Below are positions 17,785 to 27,737 of a stretch of DNA of 43,203 nucleotides, piece by piece. This stretch comes from Patescibacteria group bacterium. GTDB taxonomy: Bacteria; Patescibacteriota; Dojkabacteria; JAKAPS01; JAJZLI01. Each line of letters opens with the position of its first letter. Within the stretch, counting starts at the first letter, position 1. The position numbers and the translations under genes were made by a program. Under the pieces are notes generated by a model that saw only the letters and a program-made list of their open reading frames with translations, had not been told where the DNA came from and did not search any database. The stretch is from the NCBI GenBank assembly GCA_023380695.1, contig JAMCRT010000001.1:1-43203 (forward strand). The letters run 5' to 3'.

Positions 17785-18386
17785 TGTGTTTTTATTTTTG
17801 GCAGATAAATGATAATATAAATACTGTGTCATTTAATATTACAACATATACTGGGCTTAAGATTGATCTCCTAAATATCAAAGAAAAGGATATTAATATA
17901 GAAGATATTGCTCATTCAATTAGTATGATTGTGAGATTTAATGGGCATATAAAATTCTTTTATAGTGTTGGACAACATTGTATATTTGTATCAGAAGCTT
18001 TAAAAGATAATGGTATGGATATAAAAATGCAGTTATGTGGTCTTTTGCATGATGCATCTGAAGCATATTTCCAGGATATAATTACACCATTAAAGCATTC
18101 TGGATTAGTTGATGTTTATAGACAAAAAGAAGAAGAAGTATTTAATACAATATTACAAAGATTTGGTATAGATATCCCTACAGAAAATGAAAAGAAAAAT
18201 ATTAAGAGTGCAGATAAATGGATGTTTTTAAATGAAAATAGGGTTCTTAGAAATATCATTAGTGATGATCCTGGATATGGATTTATATTTAAACCTGATA
18301 TTAAAGAAGAATCATATTTTAGTGTAGAAGAAAAATATGTATCTTTCTTTAATAAATTATTGAGATTATATGAGCAAAATAGATAA
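17784..18386 (+). CDS. HD-domain phosphohydrolase
   Basis: H...GLLHDASEAY (HD motif). The listed start is a non-ATG codon, so the exact start is uncertain. Confidence 0.6.
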   Translation: MCFYFWQINDNINTVSFNITTYTGLKIDLLNIKEKDINIEDIAHSISMIVRFNGHIKFFYSVGQHCIFVSEALKDNGMDIKMQLCGLLHDASEAYFQDIITPLKHSGLVDVYRQKEEEVFNTILQRFGIDIPTENEKKNIKSADKWMFLNENRVLRNIISDDPGYGFIFKPDIKEESYFSVEEKYVSFFNKLLRLYEQNR

Positions 18387-19146
18387 AGCAATTATTAGAG
18401 TTATAGATTTATATAAATCATATGATAAAAATACTGTAAAGGCAGTTGATGGCGTTTCATTTGAGGTACTGGAAGGTGAGATCTTTGCGCTTCTTGGTCC
18501 TAATGGAGCAGGGAAAACAACTACTGTAGAGATAATTGAAGGAATTCATAAAAAAGATAAAGGTGAAGTTTTTATAGGTGATTTTAATATAGATAATAAT
18601 ATGCAAGATATAAAACATATAATAGGTGTTACTCTGCAGAGTAATAATTTTTTCCCATATCTTACTTTAATAGAATTACTAAATTTGTTTGGTCATTTTT
18701 ATGATCTTAATATTAATGCAGTAGAGTATCTAGAGAAAGTTGAATTAATGGATAAGAAAGATACATATTTTACTGAATTATCTGGAGGACAAAAACAAAG
18801 ATTTGCTGTTGCTCTAGCATTGATTAATGATCCTAAAATTTTATTTTTAGATGAGCCTACAACAGGACTGGATCCCCAATCTAGAAGACATTTGTGGAGT
18901 ATTATAGAAAATTTAAAGAAAGAAGGAAAAACTATTTTTCTTACAACACATTTTATGGATGAGGCAGAAACCTTAGCGGACAGAGTTGCAATAATGGATT
19001 CGGGGCATATTCTTGTTATCAATACACCAAGAGTATTAATTGATAATTTAATAAAGACTGGATTTAGTAAGAAGATAGTATCTGATAATAGAGCTAATCT
19101 AGAAGATGTATTTATTAATATGACTGGCAAACACCTAAGAGAATAA
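18370..19146 (+). CDS. ABC transporter ATP-binding protein (ABC-2 exporter type)
   Basis: Walker A GPNGAGKTT, signature LSGGQKQR and Walker B ILFLDEPTTGLD. Confidence 0.92.
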   Translation: MSKIDKAIIRVIDLYKSYDKNTVKAVDGVSFEVLEGEIFALLGPNGAGKTTTVEIIEGIHKKDKGEVFIGDFNIDNNMQDIKHIIGVTLQSNNFFPYLTLIELLNLFGHFYDLNINAVEYLEKVELMDKKDTYFTELSGGQKQRFAVALALINDPKILFLDEPTTGLDPQSRRHLWSIIENLKKEGKTIFLTTHFMDEAETLADRVAIMDSGHILVINTPRVLIDNLIKTGFSKKIVSDNRANLEDVFINMTGKHLRE

Positions 19147-19151
19147 AATAT

Positions 19152-20312
19152 ATGAAAAGGATTTATTACTTTACAATTGCAAGTTTAAAGATGACTATGA
19201 GAAACAAGTCTAATATTTTTTGGTCTTTGTTTTTTCCATTAGTTATCATGTTGATATTTGGACTGTTTAATACAAATGTAGGTAAAACCAATATAAATGT
19301 TGATATTTTATCTAATAAAAGTACTTCCCCTATAGCTAGTGAATATAAAAATATTTTTACAAAAATAAAGGGAGTATCTCTTATAAATGATAATAATGTC
19401 TCCAGTGCTAGAAATAAAGTAAAAAATGGAAAGATTGATCTTTTAATAATGTTTACTAGTAAAAATGTTAAACCTGTATGCACTGGAAAGGAAATGTGTC
19501 CACTTGTTGGGAGTACAAATAGATCTATGATAGCATTACCTATACCTCATTATTTTATTCATTCTGTAAATGTGACCTTTTATTCAAATAAAAATGATCA
19601 AACATATCCATATATTCGTTTGCTAATAGCTAATATTAAAAATCAAGTTTTATCAAAAGAATTAGGTAGTCATTCACCTATAACATTTTCTGAGAAAAAT
19701 ATTTCAGGACAAGGACTTAGTTATATAATATTCCTTACTCCTGGTATTGTAGCTCTGGCAATCATGCAAGGAGTACTTTTTGCAGTAGTAACAATCCTAA
19801 TAAGTTATAGAGATTTAGAAATTCTAAGGAGGATTTCTGTGACGCCATTTAAAAAATCAGATTTTATTGTTTCTTTATCTATTACTAGATTAGCATTTGC
19901 AATTATTCAGGCTGCAATACTTATAGCTGTAGCAAAACTTGTTTACAATATCTCTCCTATTGGAAGTTTTGTAGACCTTGCATTGGTAATAATTGTAGGT
20001 GCTCTAATGTTTATAATGCTTGCATTAATTATATCTTCAGTTGCAAATAAAGTAGAAACTGCTATGCCTATTACTAATGTAATAACACTGCCTATGATGT
20101 TTCTATCAGGTTTATTCTTCCCTATATCTACTCTTCCTTCATGGCTTTCAGATATTAGTAAATATTTCCCTCTAACATATCTTATTAATGCAATAAGAGG
20201 TATCTATGTTAATGGATATAATTTGCCTCATCTAGGTGGAGATTTTTTAGGAATGGGAATATGGATAGTTATATTCTTTATTGTTAATATATTTGTTTTC
20301 AAGTGGGAATAG
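19152..20312 (+). CDS. ABC-2 family transporter permease
   Basis: 386 aa with an N-terminal TM helix, a large loop and then 5-6 TM helices. It lies directly downstream of the ATPase gene. Confidence 0.8.
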   Translation: MKRIYYFTIASLKMTMRNKSNIFWSLFFPLVIMLIFGLFNTNVGKTNINVDILSNKSTSPIASEYKNIFTKIKGVSLINDNNVSSARNKVKNGKIDLLIMFTSKNVKPVCTGKEMCPLVGSTNRSMIALPIPHYFIHSVNVTFYSNKNDQTYPYIRLLIANIKNQVLSKELGSHSPITFSEKNISGQGLSYIIFLTPGIVALAIMQGVLFAVVTILISYRDLEILRRISVTPFKKSDFIVSLSITRLAFAIIQAAILIAVAKLVYNISPIGSFVDLALVIIVGALMFIMLALIISSVANKVETAMPITNVITLPMMFLSGLFFPISTLPSWLSDISKYFPLTYLINAIRGIYVNGYNLPHLGGDFLGMGIWIVIFFIVNIFVFKWE

Positions 20313-20313
20313 A

Positions 20314-20718
20314 TTAAACTTTATCAATTACTTCCTTTACAGTATTATTTATCTGGTCTATAATTTTTCCTATTTTATCATGTTCAAGGTTATGAATATC
20401 AATAACAGAGATATATTTTTTATTTTGTATCTCATAAATCACTATATTAGTTATTGCAGCAGATCCAGCTATTGGATTTTCATCAATTACATTTAAAGCA
20501 TATGAAAGATTATAAAAGCCCAATATATAGTATTCATTAAAATGTTGTTGTAACTTAGTATTTGCTAGATCCTTCATGTTCATATCAAATATTGGGGTAA
20601 ATCCCATTTTTTGAAATTCAGTTTGTAATCTACGTTTTAATTCATCTGTAGGTAAATTTGTTTCTTTTGTAAATCCTATTTTCTTGTGCATATATATAAT
20701 ATACGTTATTGTTTTCAT
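20314..20718 (-). CDS. DUF302-like protein
   Basis: The 134-aa pattern YYILGFYNLSYALNVIDENPIAGSAAITNIVIYE resembles the DUF302 core. This is recognised from memory only. Confidence 0.45.
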   Translation of the reverse strand: MKTITYIIYMHKKIGFTKETNLPTDELKRRLQTEFQKMGFTPIFDMNMKDLANTKLQQHFNEYYILGFYNLSYALNVIDENPIAGSAAITNIVIYEIQNKKYISVIDIHNLEHDKIGKIIDQINNTVKEVIDKV

Positions 20719-20732
20719 TTTGTAAATACTAC

Positions 20733-20746
20733 GTATTGATCAATAC
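20733..20746. promoter_or_regulatory. perfect 14-bp palindrome GTATTGATCAATAC, candidate operator
   Basis: It lies in the 69-nt divergent intergenic region upstream of the HTH-PIN pair. Confidence 0.45.
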
Positions 20747-20787
20747 ACACTATTGTAATGTTTAGATATATATAGTACCATATAGTC

Positions 20788-21054
20788 ATGAATAGTCCAA
20801 TAAAAGACAATATAATGTATACGCCAGATCAAGTGTCTCAAATGTTACAGGTTAGTACTAATACTGTATATTCTCTAATAAACAAAGGAGATATTATTGC
20901 AAAAAAATTAGGAAGAGTATATCGTATTCCTAGAAGTTCCATATTCTTTGTTTTTAGTGGAATGGATTATGATATCTACCAAAAAGAGAAAGAGGATAAA
21001 AAGAATATAGATAAGATACAAAGTGAATTATCTCTAGTTAGAAAATCTCTATAA
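20788..21054 (+). CDS. excisionase/MerR-type helix-turn-helix protein, putative antitoxin
   Basis: YTPDQVSQMLQVSTNTVYSLINKGDIIAKKLGRVYRIP is a typical excisionase-family HTH. The PIN gene follows 4 nt downstream. Confidence 0.7.
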   Translation: MNSPIKDNIMYTPDQVSQMLQVSTNTVYSLINKGDIIAKKLGRVYRIPRSSIFFVFSGMDYDIYQKEKEDKKNIDKIQSELSLVRKSL

Positions 21055-21058
21055 TTTT

Positions 21059-21481
21059 ATGAAAGTTTTTTTAGACACTGATGTTATCATTTCATCTTTC
21101 CTGTCATCTTCTGGAGCATCATATTATTTAATAAATGAAAGTTTAAATATTACGGAATTTTATATATCCAACTTTTCAGTTAAAGAAATAGAAATAGTTA
21201 CTAAAAGACTGAAAATTCAAAATAAACTTAAAGATTTAAAGTCTAAATTAAATGTTACTGATTTAGACTATAAAAGTAGTGATATAAAAAAACTTTTTGG
21301 AAAATATGTTTATGATATTAATGATGCACATATAGTAATAGCAGCAAAACAATCTCATTCCAGATTTTTATTAACATATAATATCAAAGATTATGATCTG
21401 AATTTAATAAAAAAAGATTTAGATATTACTATCTTAGAACCTGGTGTATTTATACAATATTTAAGAAGTATTGAAAATTGA
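21059..21481 (+). CDS. PIN-domain toxin
   Basis: MKVFLDTDVIISS..., DINDAHIVIAAKQS and LLTYNIKDY. Confidence 0.75.
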   Translation: MKVFLDTDVIISSFLSSSGASYYLINESLNITEFYISNFSVKEIEIVTKRLKIQNKLKDLKSKLNVTDLDYKSSDIKKLFGKYVYDINDAHIVIAAKQSHSRFLLTYNIKDYDLNLIKKDLDITILEPGVFIQYLRSIEN

Positions 21482-21656
21482 AAAACCATTATTATCCCAA
21501 CAGAAATATTTAAATATAAGTAAACTATCAATTACAGACTAATGAAATTTATGCATTGCTATCTCTTTAAGATTTATTATGTTTTATGAATTTGTTAAAT
21601 ATATATAACCAATACATGTACTAGTAAGGAAACTTTAAAATTGATACAATGCTTGT

Positions 21657-22943
21657 ATGTTTAATATAGAATATATAAGGAATCACAAAGATGAATACCT
21701 TATCAATATAAAAAAAAGAAGTCTTAATATCAATTTAGATTCAATTTTAAAATTACATGATGAAAAATTAGAAATACAGAAAAATTTTGATGATATTCAA
21801 AAAAGAAGAAATGATATTGCAGACAAGATTAAAACAGATTTATCATCAAAAGATAAATTATCTAGGCAAGGAAAAGACTTAAAAATTAAATCTTTAAAAA
21901 TACAGGAAGAATTGCAAATAAAATCAGATCTACTTTATAGAAAATTACTAGAGCTTCCCAATTTAATTTCAGATGATATGCCTGAAGGTATAGATGAGAG
22001 TGGTAATATAGAAGTCAAAAAGGTAGGTAGAATGCCTAAATTTGATTTTAAAATATTAGACCACATAGATCTAGGTATAAGGAATGATTTAATAGATATT
22101 GATAAATCAGCGAAAGTATCAGGTTCAAGATTTTATTACTTAAAAAATGATTTAGTTTTATTACAATTTGCCCTATTTAATTTTGTTTTATCTAAACTGA
22201 TATCTAAAGGATTTACTCCTATAATACCCCCTGAATTAGTAAAAGAGAGAGCTCTTTTTGGAACTGGATATTTTCCATTGGAAGAAGACCAAATATATAA
22301 ATTGGAGAGTAAGAATATTGAAGATAAAAATAACCTTTATCTGATAGGTACATCAGAGGTTCCTCTTATCTCTTATCATCAAGATGAAATTTTAGATGAA
22401 AAAGATTTACCAATTAAATATATTGGTATATCTCATTGTTTTAGATCTGAGGTTGGTTCGTGGGGAAAAGATGTAAAAGGAATAAAAAGAGTACATCAAT
22501 TTGAAAAGATTGAAATGGTTGTTTTCTCTAATGAAGATGATTCATATAGTATACAAGAAGAATTGTTATCTATAGAAGAAGAAATCCTAAATGATCTAAA
22601 TCTTCCATATCATGTTTTGAATATGTGTACTGGAGATGTAAGTATGCAGACTTATAAAAAATATGATGTAGAAGTATATGTCCCATCAGTAAATGAATAT
22701 GTGGAAGTAATGTCTAATACTAATACTATTGATTATCAATCACGAAGGCTTAATATTAGATATAAAGATAAAGAAAATGGTAAAATAAAATTTGTACATA
22801 CGCTAAATGCCACCGGTATAACTAATACTAGACCATTGATTGCTATAATGGAGAATTTTCAAACGAAAGATGGTAGAATTAAAGTACCTGATGTATTAGT
22901 ATCTTTTATGGGAAATAAAGAATTTATTGGAGAAAACATATAA
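21657..22943 (+). CDS. serS: seryl-tRNA synthetase
   Basis: The N-terminal coiled-coil arm begins MFNIEYIRNHKDEY. Class II motifs include FRSEVGSWGKDVKGIKRVHQFEKIE and GITNTRPLIAIMEN. Confidence 0.95.
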   Translation: MFNIEYIRNHKDEYLINIKKRSLNINLDSILKLHDEKLEIQKNFDDIQKRRNDIADKIKTDLSSKDKLSRQGKDLKIKSLKIQEELQIKSDLLYRKLLELPNLISDDMPEGIDESGNIEVKKVGRMPKFDFKILDHIDLGIRNDLIDIDKSAKVSGSRFYYLKNDLVLLQFALFNFVLSKLISKGFTPIIPPELVKERALFGTGYFPLEEDQIYKLESKNIEDKNNLYLIGTSEVPLISYHQDEILDEKDLPIKYIGISHCFRSEVGSWGKDVKGIKRVHQFEKIEMVVFSNEDDSYSIQEELLSIEEEILNDLNLPYHVLNMCTGDVSMQTYKKYDVEVYVPSVNEYVEVMSNTNTIDYQSRRLNIRYKDKENGKIKFVHTLNATGITNTRPLIAIMENFQTKDGRIKVPDVLVSFMGNKEFIGENI

Positions 22944-23488
22944 TGGAAATAAAATATGAGACTCAAAATTATATACTAACTGATGCAGAAAAATCATTTA
23001 TTAATGATAAACTGCAATCTTTAAGACATTTTTTAGATAAAGATACTGTGGTTTATGTAAAAATCATTGAAGAAAAAACGAAACTTTACAAAATTGAAAT
23101 TTCCTTAACATATAATAATATACATATTAGAGCATTAAAGAGTGGGTCTAAATTTTATGACTTAGTTGAACTTACTATACATACATTAAAATCTAATATA
23201 GAAAGAGTACATGATAAGAGTCATGATTATTTTGAAGGGAAAAAATCTTGGACTGATTTTGAAAATGAAAATATTGATGATAAATCATTTGAAGATTATA
23301 GACCTATTATAAAGGTAAAAGAATATTCAGATAATACTCCTATGCATCCTCAAGAAGCCATTGAAAGAATGACACTGCTGGGTCATAAATCATTTTTATT
23401 TAAAAATATTGAGACTGGGAAATATGCAATGGTTTATATAAGGGATGATGGAATAAGTTTTGGTCTTATTACTCCTAAAGATCTATGA
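22943..23488 (+). CDS. hpf: ribosome hibernation promoting factor, long form
   Basis: An N-terminal S30AE-like domain plus a C-terminal dimerisation domain (HPQEAIERMTLLGHKSFLFKNIETGKYAMVYIRDDGISFGLI). Confidence 0.85.
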   Translation: MEIKYETQNYILTDAEKSFINDKLQSLRHFLDKDTVVYVKIIEEKTKLYKIEISLTYNNIHIRALKSGSKFYDLVELTIHTLKSNIERVHDKSHDYFEGKKSWTDFENENIDDKSFEDYRPIIKVKEYSDNTPMHPQEAIERMTLLGHKSFLFKNIETGKYAMVYIRDDGISFGLITPKDL

Positions 23489-23767
23489 TTTATGAAGTAG
23501 TAGAATACTAATAAATGTATCAATTGAGTGAGTAATCCCAGAATTTATAAAAGATATACCATGTATATAGAGTGGCATGTATAAAAGTAAAGGATAAATA
23601 AATATCAGTATAAAAATAAATACCAGAAAGGATGAAAGGAAATTGATTAATGCATTTTTTATTAGAAATTTCCTTACCAATATAAAGGTAAATATTCCAA
23701 GTATTAAAGCAATAGGATAATCAGTATATACTCGTTGTATAAGATTAAAAAATATTTCTATGTTCAT
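23483..23767 (-). CDS. small membrane protein
   Basis: 94 aa with three hydrophobic helices. It is in an operon with the PspC-domain gene. Confidence 0.5.
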   Translation of the reverse strand: MNIEIFFNLIQRVYTDYPIALILGIFTFILVRKFLIKNALINFLSSFLVFIFILIFIYPLLLYMPLYIHGISFINSGITHSIDTFISILLLHKS

Positions 23768-23768
23768 A

Positions 23769-24254
23769 TTAAAAATATGTATTTGCAGGGTAAGGAAGTC
23801 TAACAGAAAGATATGATAATAGATCTTTTGTAAGAGTTGCTAGTATTAGTAAAATAATAAATGTTACTATTATATCAATAAACTTGACATTTTTTCCTTT
23901 TATAATAATTAATATACCATATAGTAAAAATGCTATACCCCAAAATATCTTAGTTTCTATTATGGCAAAAAAATTAAATGAAGATAAAATAATAAGTATA
24001 CCAATGGTAATTAATAGATAAGCTCCATTCTTTAGTTTTTTATCATTATTTTCAATAATTGGTTCTTGTTTCACTTTGCTGATATCTGATGGCATAATTA
24101 ATGCAAGAATAATATAAATTAATATTGAAAGTCCTCCAGCTAATATTCCTAATACAAAAATCACTCTGATTACAGTAACATCAATTGTAAAATAATCTGA
24201 TAATCCTGCACATACTCCAAATATTAATTTGTTATTTAAATTTCTTTGAGGCAT
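23769..24254 (-). CDS. PspC-domain membrane protein
   Basis: KLIFGVCAGLSDYFTIDVTVIRVIFVLGIL is the PspC domain signature. Confidence 0.75.
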   Translation of the reverse strand: MPQRNLNNKLIFGVCAGLSDYFTIDVTVIRVIFVLGILAGGLSILIYIILALIMPSDISKVKQEPIIENNDKKLKNGAYLLITIGILIILSSFNFFAIIETKIFWGIAFLLYGILIIIKGKNVKFIDIIVTFIILLILATLTKDLLSYLSVRLPYPANTYF

Positions 24255-24256
24255 AT

Positions 24257-24478
24257 TTAATGATGATATTTCTTAGATACTATTATAAAACCAAGTACAA
24301 TTAATAGAATTCCCCAAAATATGCGAGAATCTATAAGCATATGAAAAACACTAAACTGAGATAGAATAATCAGAAGACCTGCAATCATTACTATGTAACC
24401 TAGCTCTCCGTGTCTATGATCTAAATTAAATTCATCAGTTTTCTTTTTATCATTTTTCATATTTAAATTATATCTCAA
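24257..24478 (-). CDS. small membrane protein (LiaI/LiaF-like two-helix)
   Basis: 73 aa with two TM helices. It is adjacent to the PspC-domain gene. Confidence 0.45.
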   Translation of the reverse strand: MRYNLNMKNDKKKTDEFNLDHRHGELGYIVMIAGLLIILSQFSVFHMLIDSRIFWGILLIVLGFIIVSKKYHH

Positions 24479-24529
24479 TATTTTTATTTATTCAACAAAA
24501 TTTATTTATTTATCTTAACTTCAGACTTT

Positions 24530-26212
24530 CTATTTATTCAGTATCATATTGATTTCTCTCCTACTTTTTCCTATGTGTTGAAGTAGTAGTTCTGTAATTG
24601 TTAATGCAGTTTCTTTTTCTGCTTCAATTATATATTCTACTCCTGATTCTTTTAATATATCTTTATGTTTTTCTAAATGAGATCTTGCTATAATTTTAAC
24701 CTTAGAATTAAGTTGTTTTGCTATTTGAGTAATTTTATAATTGACTTCAATGCTTGGAGTTGTAATAATAAGTATCTTCGCATTTTCTATATTAGCAAGT
24801 TTTAATATATCCATAGAATCTGCATCTCCATAAATAAAATTTACTATTTTATCATTCTTATTTGATTCCAAAATGTTTTTATTGAAATCAATAACATAAC
24901 ATTTTATTTTATTTTGTTTTAATATATCAACAATAGTTTTTCCAACTCTTCCATATCCTGCAATTATTATATCTGCTTTTTTATCTTCTGTAATATTTGG
25001 AAGAGGTGTACTGCTAAATATATGATCTGGTATATATGGTAGTTTTTTTAGAAAGTTTTTAGATTTATGATAAAGTTCAATGTTATTTTTTATTATATAA
25101 GGAGTTGTTATCATAGTTAGAATTGTTATAGAGAGAAGAATGTGATATCCATAAAGGGATAGTAGCCCTGAAGAATATGCGATAGTTCCTATGACAAAAG
25201 AAAATTCTCCAGCACCATATAGATTTGATGATATTATAGATGAGACTAATGAATGGTATTTTTCTGTTCTAAGAATTGTAAATGTTACTATATATTTTAT
25301 AAAGGATATAATTACTGCAAGTATAACAATATATATAATATTTTCTATAAGAAATATTATTGGAATAAGAGATCCGATCAATACAAAGAAAAACACTGAA
25401 AATATATCCTTTAAAGGTTTTATTTCATAAGTTACTTGGTGTTTTAAAATACCTTTAGATATAATAAGCCCTGCTATAAATGCAGCTATAATTGATGATA
25501 TTCCTACAAAGTGTGATATGAGTATGATAATAAATAATATAGACACACTTGCAAGTAGCATTAATTCTCTTATTTCTGTTTTTGCTATTTTATCAAGTAT
25601 GTATGGAATAAAAATTAATCCTAAATAATATATTACTATTAATACGATTATACTTTTGAGTATTGCTATAATAATTGGAATTGCTATACTTCCTCCACCG
25701 TGTATAGTTAGATTTGTTATAAAAATTATTACTGGTATTGCAAGTATATCTTGTAACATTAACCATGCAGTAGTAATTTCTCCCTCCATTGAGTAATTCC
25801 TTTCTAGGTCTTTTAATACCTTTGTAACAATAATTGTTGAACTCATTGATAGAGCAATTGCTATAATAATTGCATCTTCTAGTGCTATATGAAATATTGA
25901 TATTATAAGAATAGATAGTATGCTTCCTATAAAAACTTGAATTATGGATCCTTTAATAATGTCATTTTTATAAGATCTTATTTTGTCTATTGAAAAATCT
26001 GCCCCTGATGAGAAAACAAGAAGAGCTACTCCAATATATGCAAGTGATTGTATCTCATTTTGTGAATGTGTTATTGATGTAATAATGGACCCTATTGTAA
26101 GTCCAATCAATATATATCCTACAGTTATATATTGATTGAATTTACTTGCTATAAAACCACCAATAACAGCTAGAGATAAAATGATTGTAATATATAAAAT
26201 TGCAGGATTCAT
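24530..26212 (-). CDS. CPA2 (Kef-type) cation:proton antiporter with C-terminal RCK/TrkA-N domain
   Basis: About 12 TM helices followed by IIIAGYGRVGKTIVDIL, a Rossmann GxGxxG motif. Confidence 0.85.
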   Translation of the reverse strand: MNPAILYITIILSLAVIGGFIASKFNQYITVGYILIGLTIGSIITSITHSQNEIQSLAYIGVALLVFSSGADFSIDKIRSYKNDIIKGSIIQVFIGSILSILIISIFHIALEDAIIIAIALSMSSTIIVTKVLKDLERNYSMEGEITTAWLMLQDILAIPVIIFITNLTIHGGGSIAIPIIIAILKSIIVLIVIYYLGLIFIPYILDKIAKTEIRELMLLASVSILFIIILISHFVGISSIIAAFIAGLIISKGILKHQVTYEIKPLKDIFSVFFFVLIGSLIPIIFLIENIIYIVILAVIISFIKYIVTFTILRTEKYHSLVSSIISSNLYGAGEFSFVIGTIAYSSGLLSLYGYHILLSITILTMITTPYIIKNNIELYHKSKNFLKKLPYIPDHIFSSTPLPNITEDKKADIIIAGYGRVGKTIVDILKQNKIKCYVIDFNKNILESNKNDKIVNFIYGDADSMDILKLANIENAKILIITTPSIEVNYKITQIAKQLNSKVKIIARSHLEKHKDILKESGVEYIIEAEKETALTITELLLQHIGKSRREINMILNK

Positions 26213-26553
26213 TACAAGAGATTTTATATTAAAGTATACCCTTTATCAAGAAAATGTATTGGCTAATACAAGATTGTTGCTCAAATAAATATTCAGACCA
26301 ATGGTAATTGCACTGAATGTGATAAAGATGGTATAAGTCAAATAGAATTGGATAGAATGAAGGTAGAATTCACAGATTCTGTCAGGGTAATAATATTACA
26401 ATTACTACACTATTTGAAGCAAGGTATACTCAAATATCTTTTTATATCATGATGAGTTTCTTTTGCTATTGATGAATATTTTTTAGACATATATCTGCTT
26501 TGTTAAGTTATGCAGTCATCACAGTGTTTTTCTAATTAGTTAGTTGAGCATAC

Positions 26554-27108
26554 TCATATAAGTTTAAAAATAAGTGCAAACGCTACGCTGATTAAAATTA
26601 AACCACTTAGAGCCTCACTTAATTTGCCTATCTTTTTCCCTAACTGGTGTCCAAGTTCAAGACCAATTAATGCTAGCACAACACTTGTACAGCCAATAAC
26701 GGCTGCTGACAATAATAGAGGTTCTTTATGAGTCCCTAAACTAAACCCAATAACAAGATTATCTATGCTAAGAGCTAACCCAGCCATAATTAACTTAAAA
26801 TTATTTTTAACTACTACTTTTACTTCTTTAGTATCATCATCTTTAAAAGATCCCACTAACTCGTAAACTCCAGCCAACAATAAAAGACCGCCACCAATAT
26901 AATTGGCATATGATCCAAATAAATTTGAAATTTGTTTTCCTATAATTAAGCCAATTATTGGCATGCCTGTTTCAAATAATCCAAATACAATTGCAATCTT
27001 GGTTCTAACTGACCGACTCACACCGCTCATTCCAATAGCAATAGATGCTGCAAAGTTTCCCAAGCCAACAGAGATGCCTAATAGTAGAAGTGTTAAAAGG
27101 TTATTCAT
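26554..27108 (-). CDS. mntP: MntP-family manganese efflux pump (DUF204 repeats)
   Basis: 184 aa. GISVGLGNFAASIAIG and LALSIDNLVIGFSLG form the duplicated DUF204 motifs. The gene is visibly GC-richer than its surroundings. Confidence 0.75.
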   Translation of the reverse strand: MNNLLTLLLLGISVGLGNFAASIAIGMSGVSRSVRTKIAIVFGLFETGMPIIGLIIGKQISNLFGSYANYIGGGLLLLAGVYELVGSFKDDDTKEVKVVVKNNFKLIMAGLALSIDNLVIGFSLGTHKEPLLLSAAVIGCTSVVLALIGLELGHQLGKKIGKLSEALSGLILISVAFALIFKLI

Positions 27109-27138
27109 ATTTTCTTCCTATGATCTATTTTTTTTGTT

Positions 27139-27378
27139 TTATCCATTCTTTAGGGCTATTAAAGATTGAAGTGATTCATTTTCTGTAAGTTTGTCGCTCC
27201 CAAGTACTCTGTTAACATCTTCTACTATTTGCTGGTCCTGGAAATAATGATGACGATCAGCCCAAATATGACCTGCTTGCTCTAGGTCAACAGCCCGATC
27301 TGTTTGCCAGTAGAATACATTGACCCTATCTGTAATCGTTTTATTTATCTTTCCTAAGTCTATGTTTTGCTCTGGCAT
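27139..27378 (-). CDS. hypothetical protein (79 aa), start overlaps the response regulator stop (TAATG)
   Basis: ORF with non-AT-biased composition. I recognise no motif. Confidence 0.45.
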   Translation of the reverse strand: MPEQNIDLGKINKTITDRVNVFYWQTDRAVDLEQAGHIWADRHHYFQDQQIVEDVNRVLGSDKLTENESLQSLIALKNG

Positions 27379-27737
27379 TATTGAGTATATCTTTTAACTT
27401 CATCAACTAATTGTGAAAGAGAAGTCTCCATTTTTATTATATATCCATCAGCCCCATTATCATATGCTTCATTAATAACTACGGGTGTATCTAGGTTTGT
27501 TATCATTACAATTTTTTTTGTACTGTCCTTTTCTTTCATTTTTTTTAATATATCAATTCCAGATGAATCTTGTAGTGTTATATCTAGCAAAGTAAGATCT
27601 GGATTTTCTTTTGAAAATAAATCTAGCCCCATCTCACCTGTAGGAGCTTCAATAACTTCAAATCCTGAATATTGAAGTTCTTTTTTATATATATCTCTTA
27701 TATCTTTTTCATCCTCAACTATTAAAATTTTGCTCAT
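27378..27737 (-). CDS. stand-alone response regulator receiver domain (CheY-like)
   Basis: KILIVEDE, the phospho-acceptor context LTLLDITL, and KIVMITN; there is no output domain. Confidence 0.9.
   Translation of the reverse strand: MSKILIVEDEKDIRDIYKKELQYSGFEVIEAPTGEMGLDLFSKENPDLTLLDITLQDSSGIDILKKMKEKDSTKKIVMITNLDTPVVINEAYDNGADGYIIKMETSLSQLVDEVKRYTQ

Noticed and set aside
18116-20496. Listed ORFs 18116..18391 (-), 18699..19130 (-), 19166..19483 (-) and 20281..20496 (+)
   Set aside because: They lie antisense to the HD-domain, ABC ATPase, ABC permease and DUF302-like genes, and none has a recognisable motif.
21482-21656. T-box leader upstream of serS
   Set aside because: The region is too short and too AT-rich. 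It has no T-box consensus (no GGGTGGTACCGCG-like element), specifier hairpin or terminator. A -10 box sits only 6 nt from the ATG.
26267-26452. A 62-codon stop-free plus-strand frame between mntP and the Kef-type gene
   Set aside because: It is short enough to occur by chance in this many frames. It has no start, SD or recognisable motif, so I treat the region as intergenic, holding the mntP terminator and the antiporter promoter.
27109-27138. yybP-ykoY Mn riboswitch upstream of mntP
   Set aside because: Only 30 nt separate mntP from the preceding ORF, which is far too little for the riboswitch.
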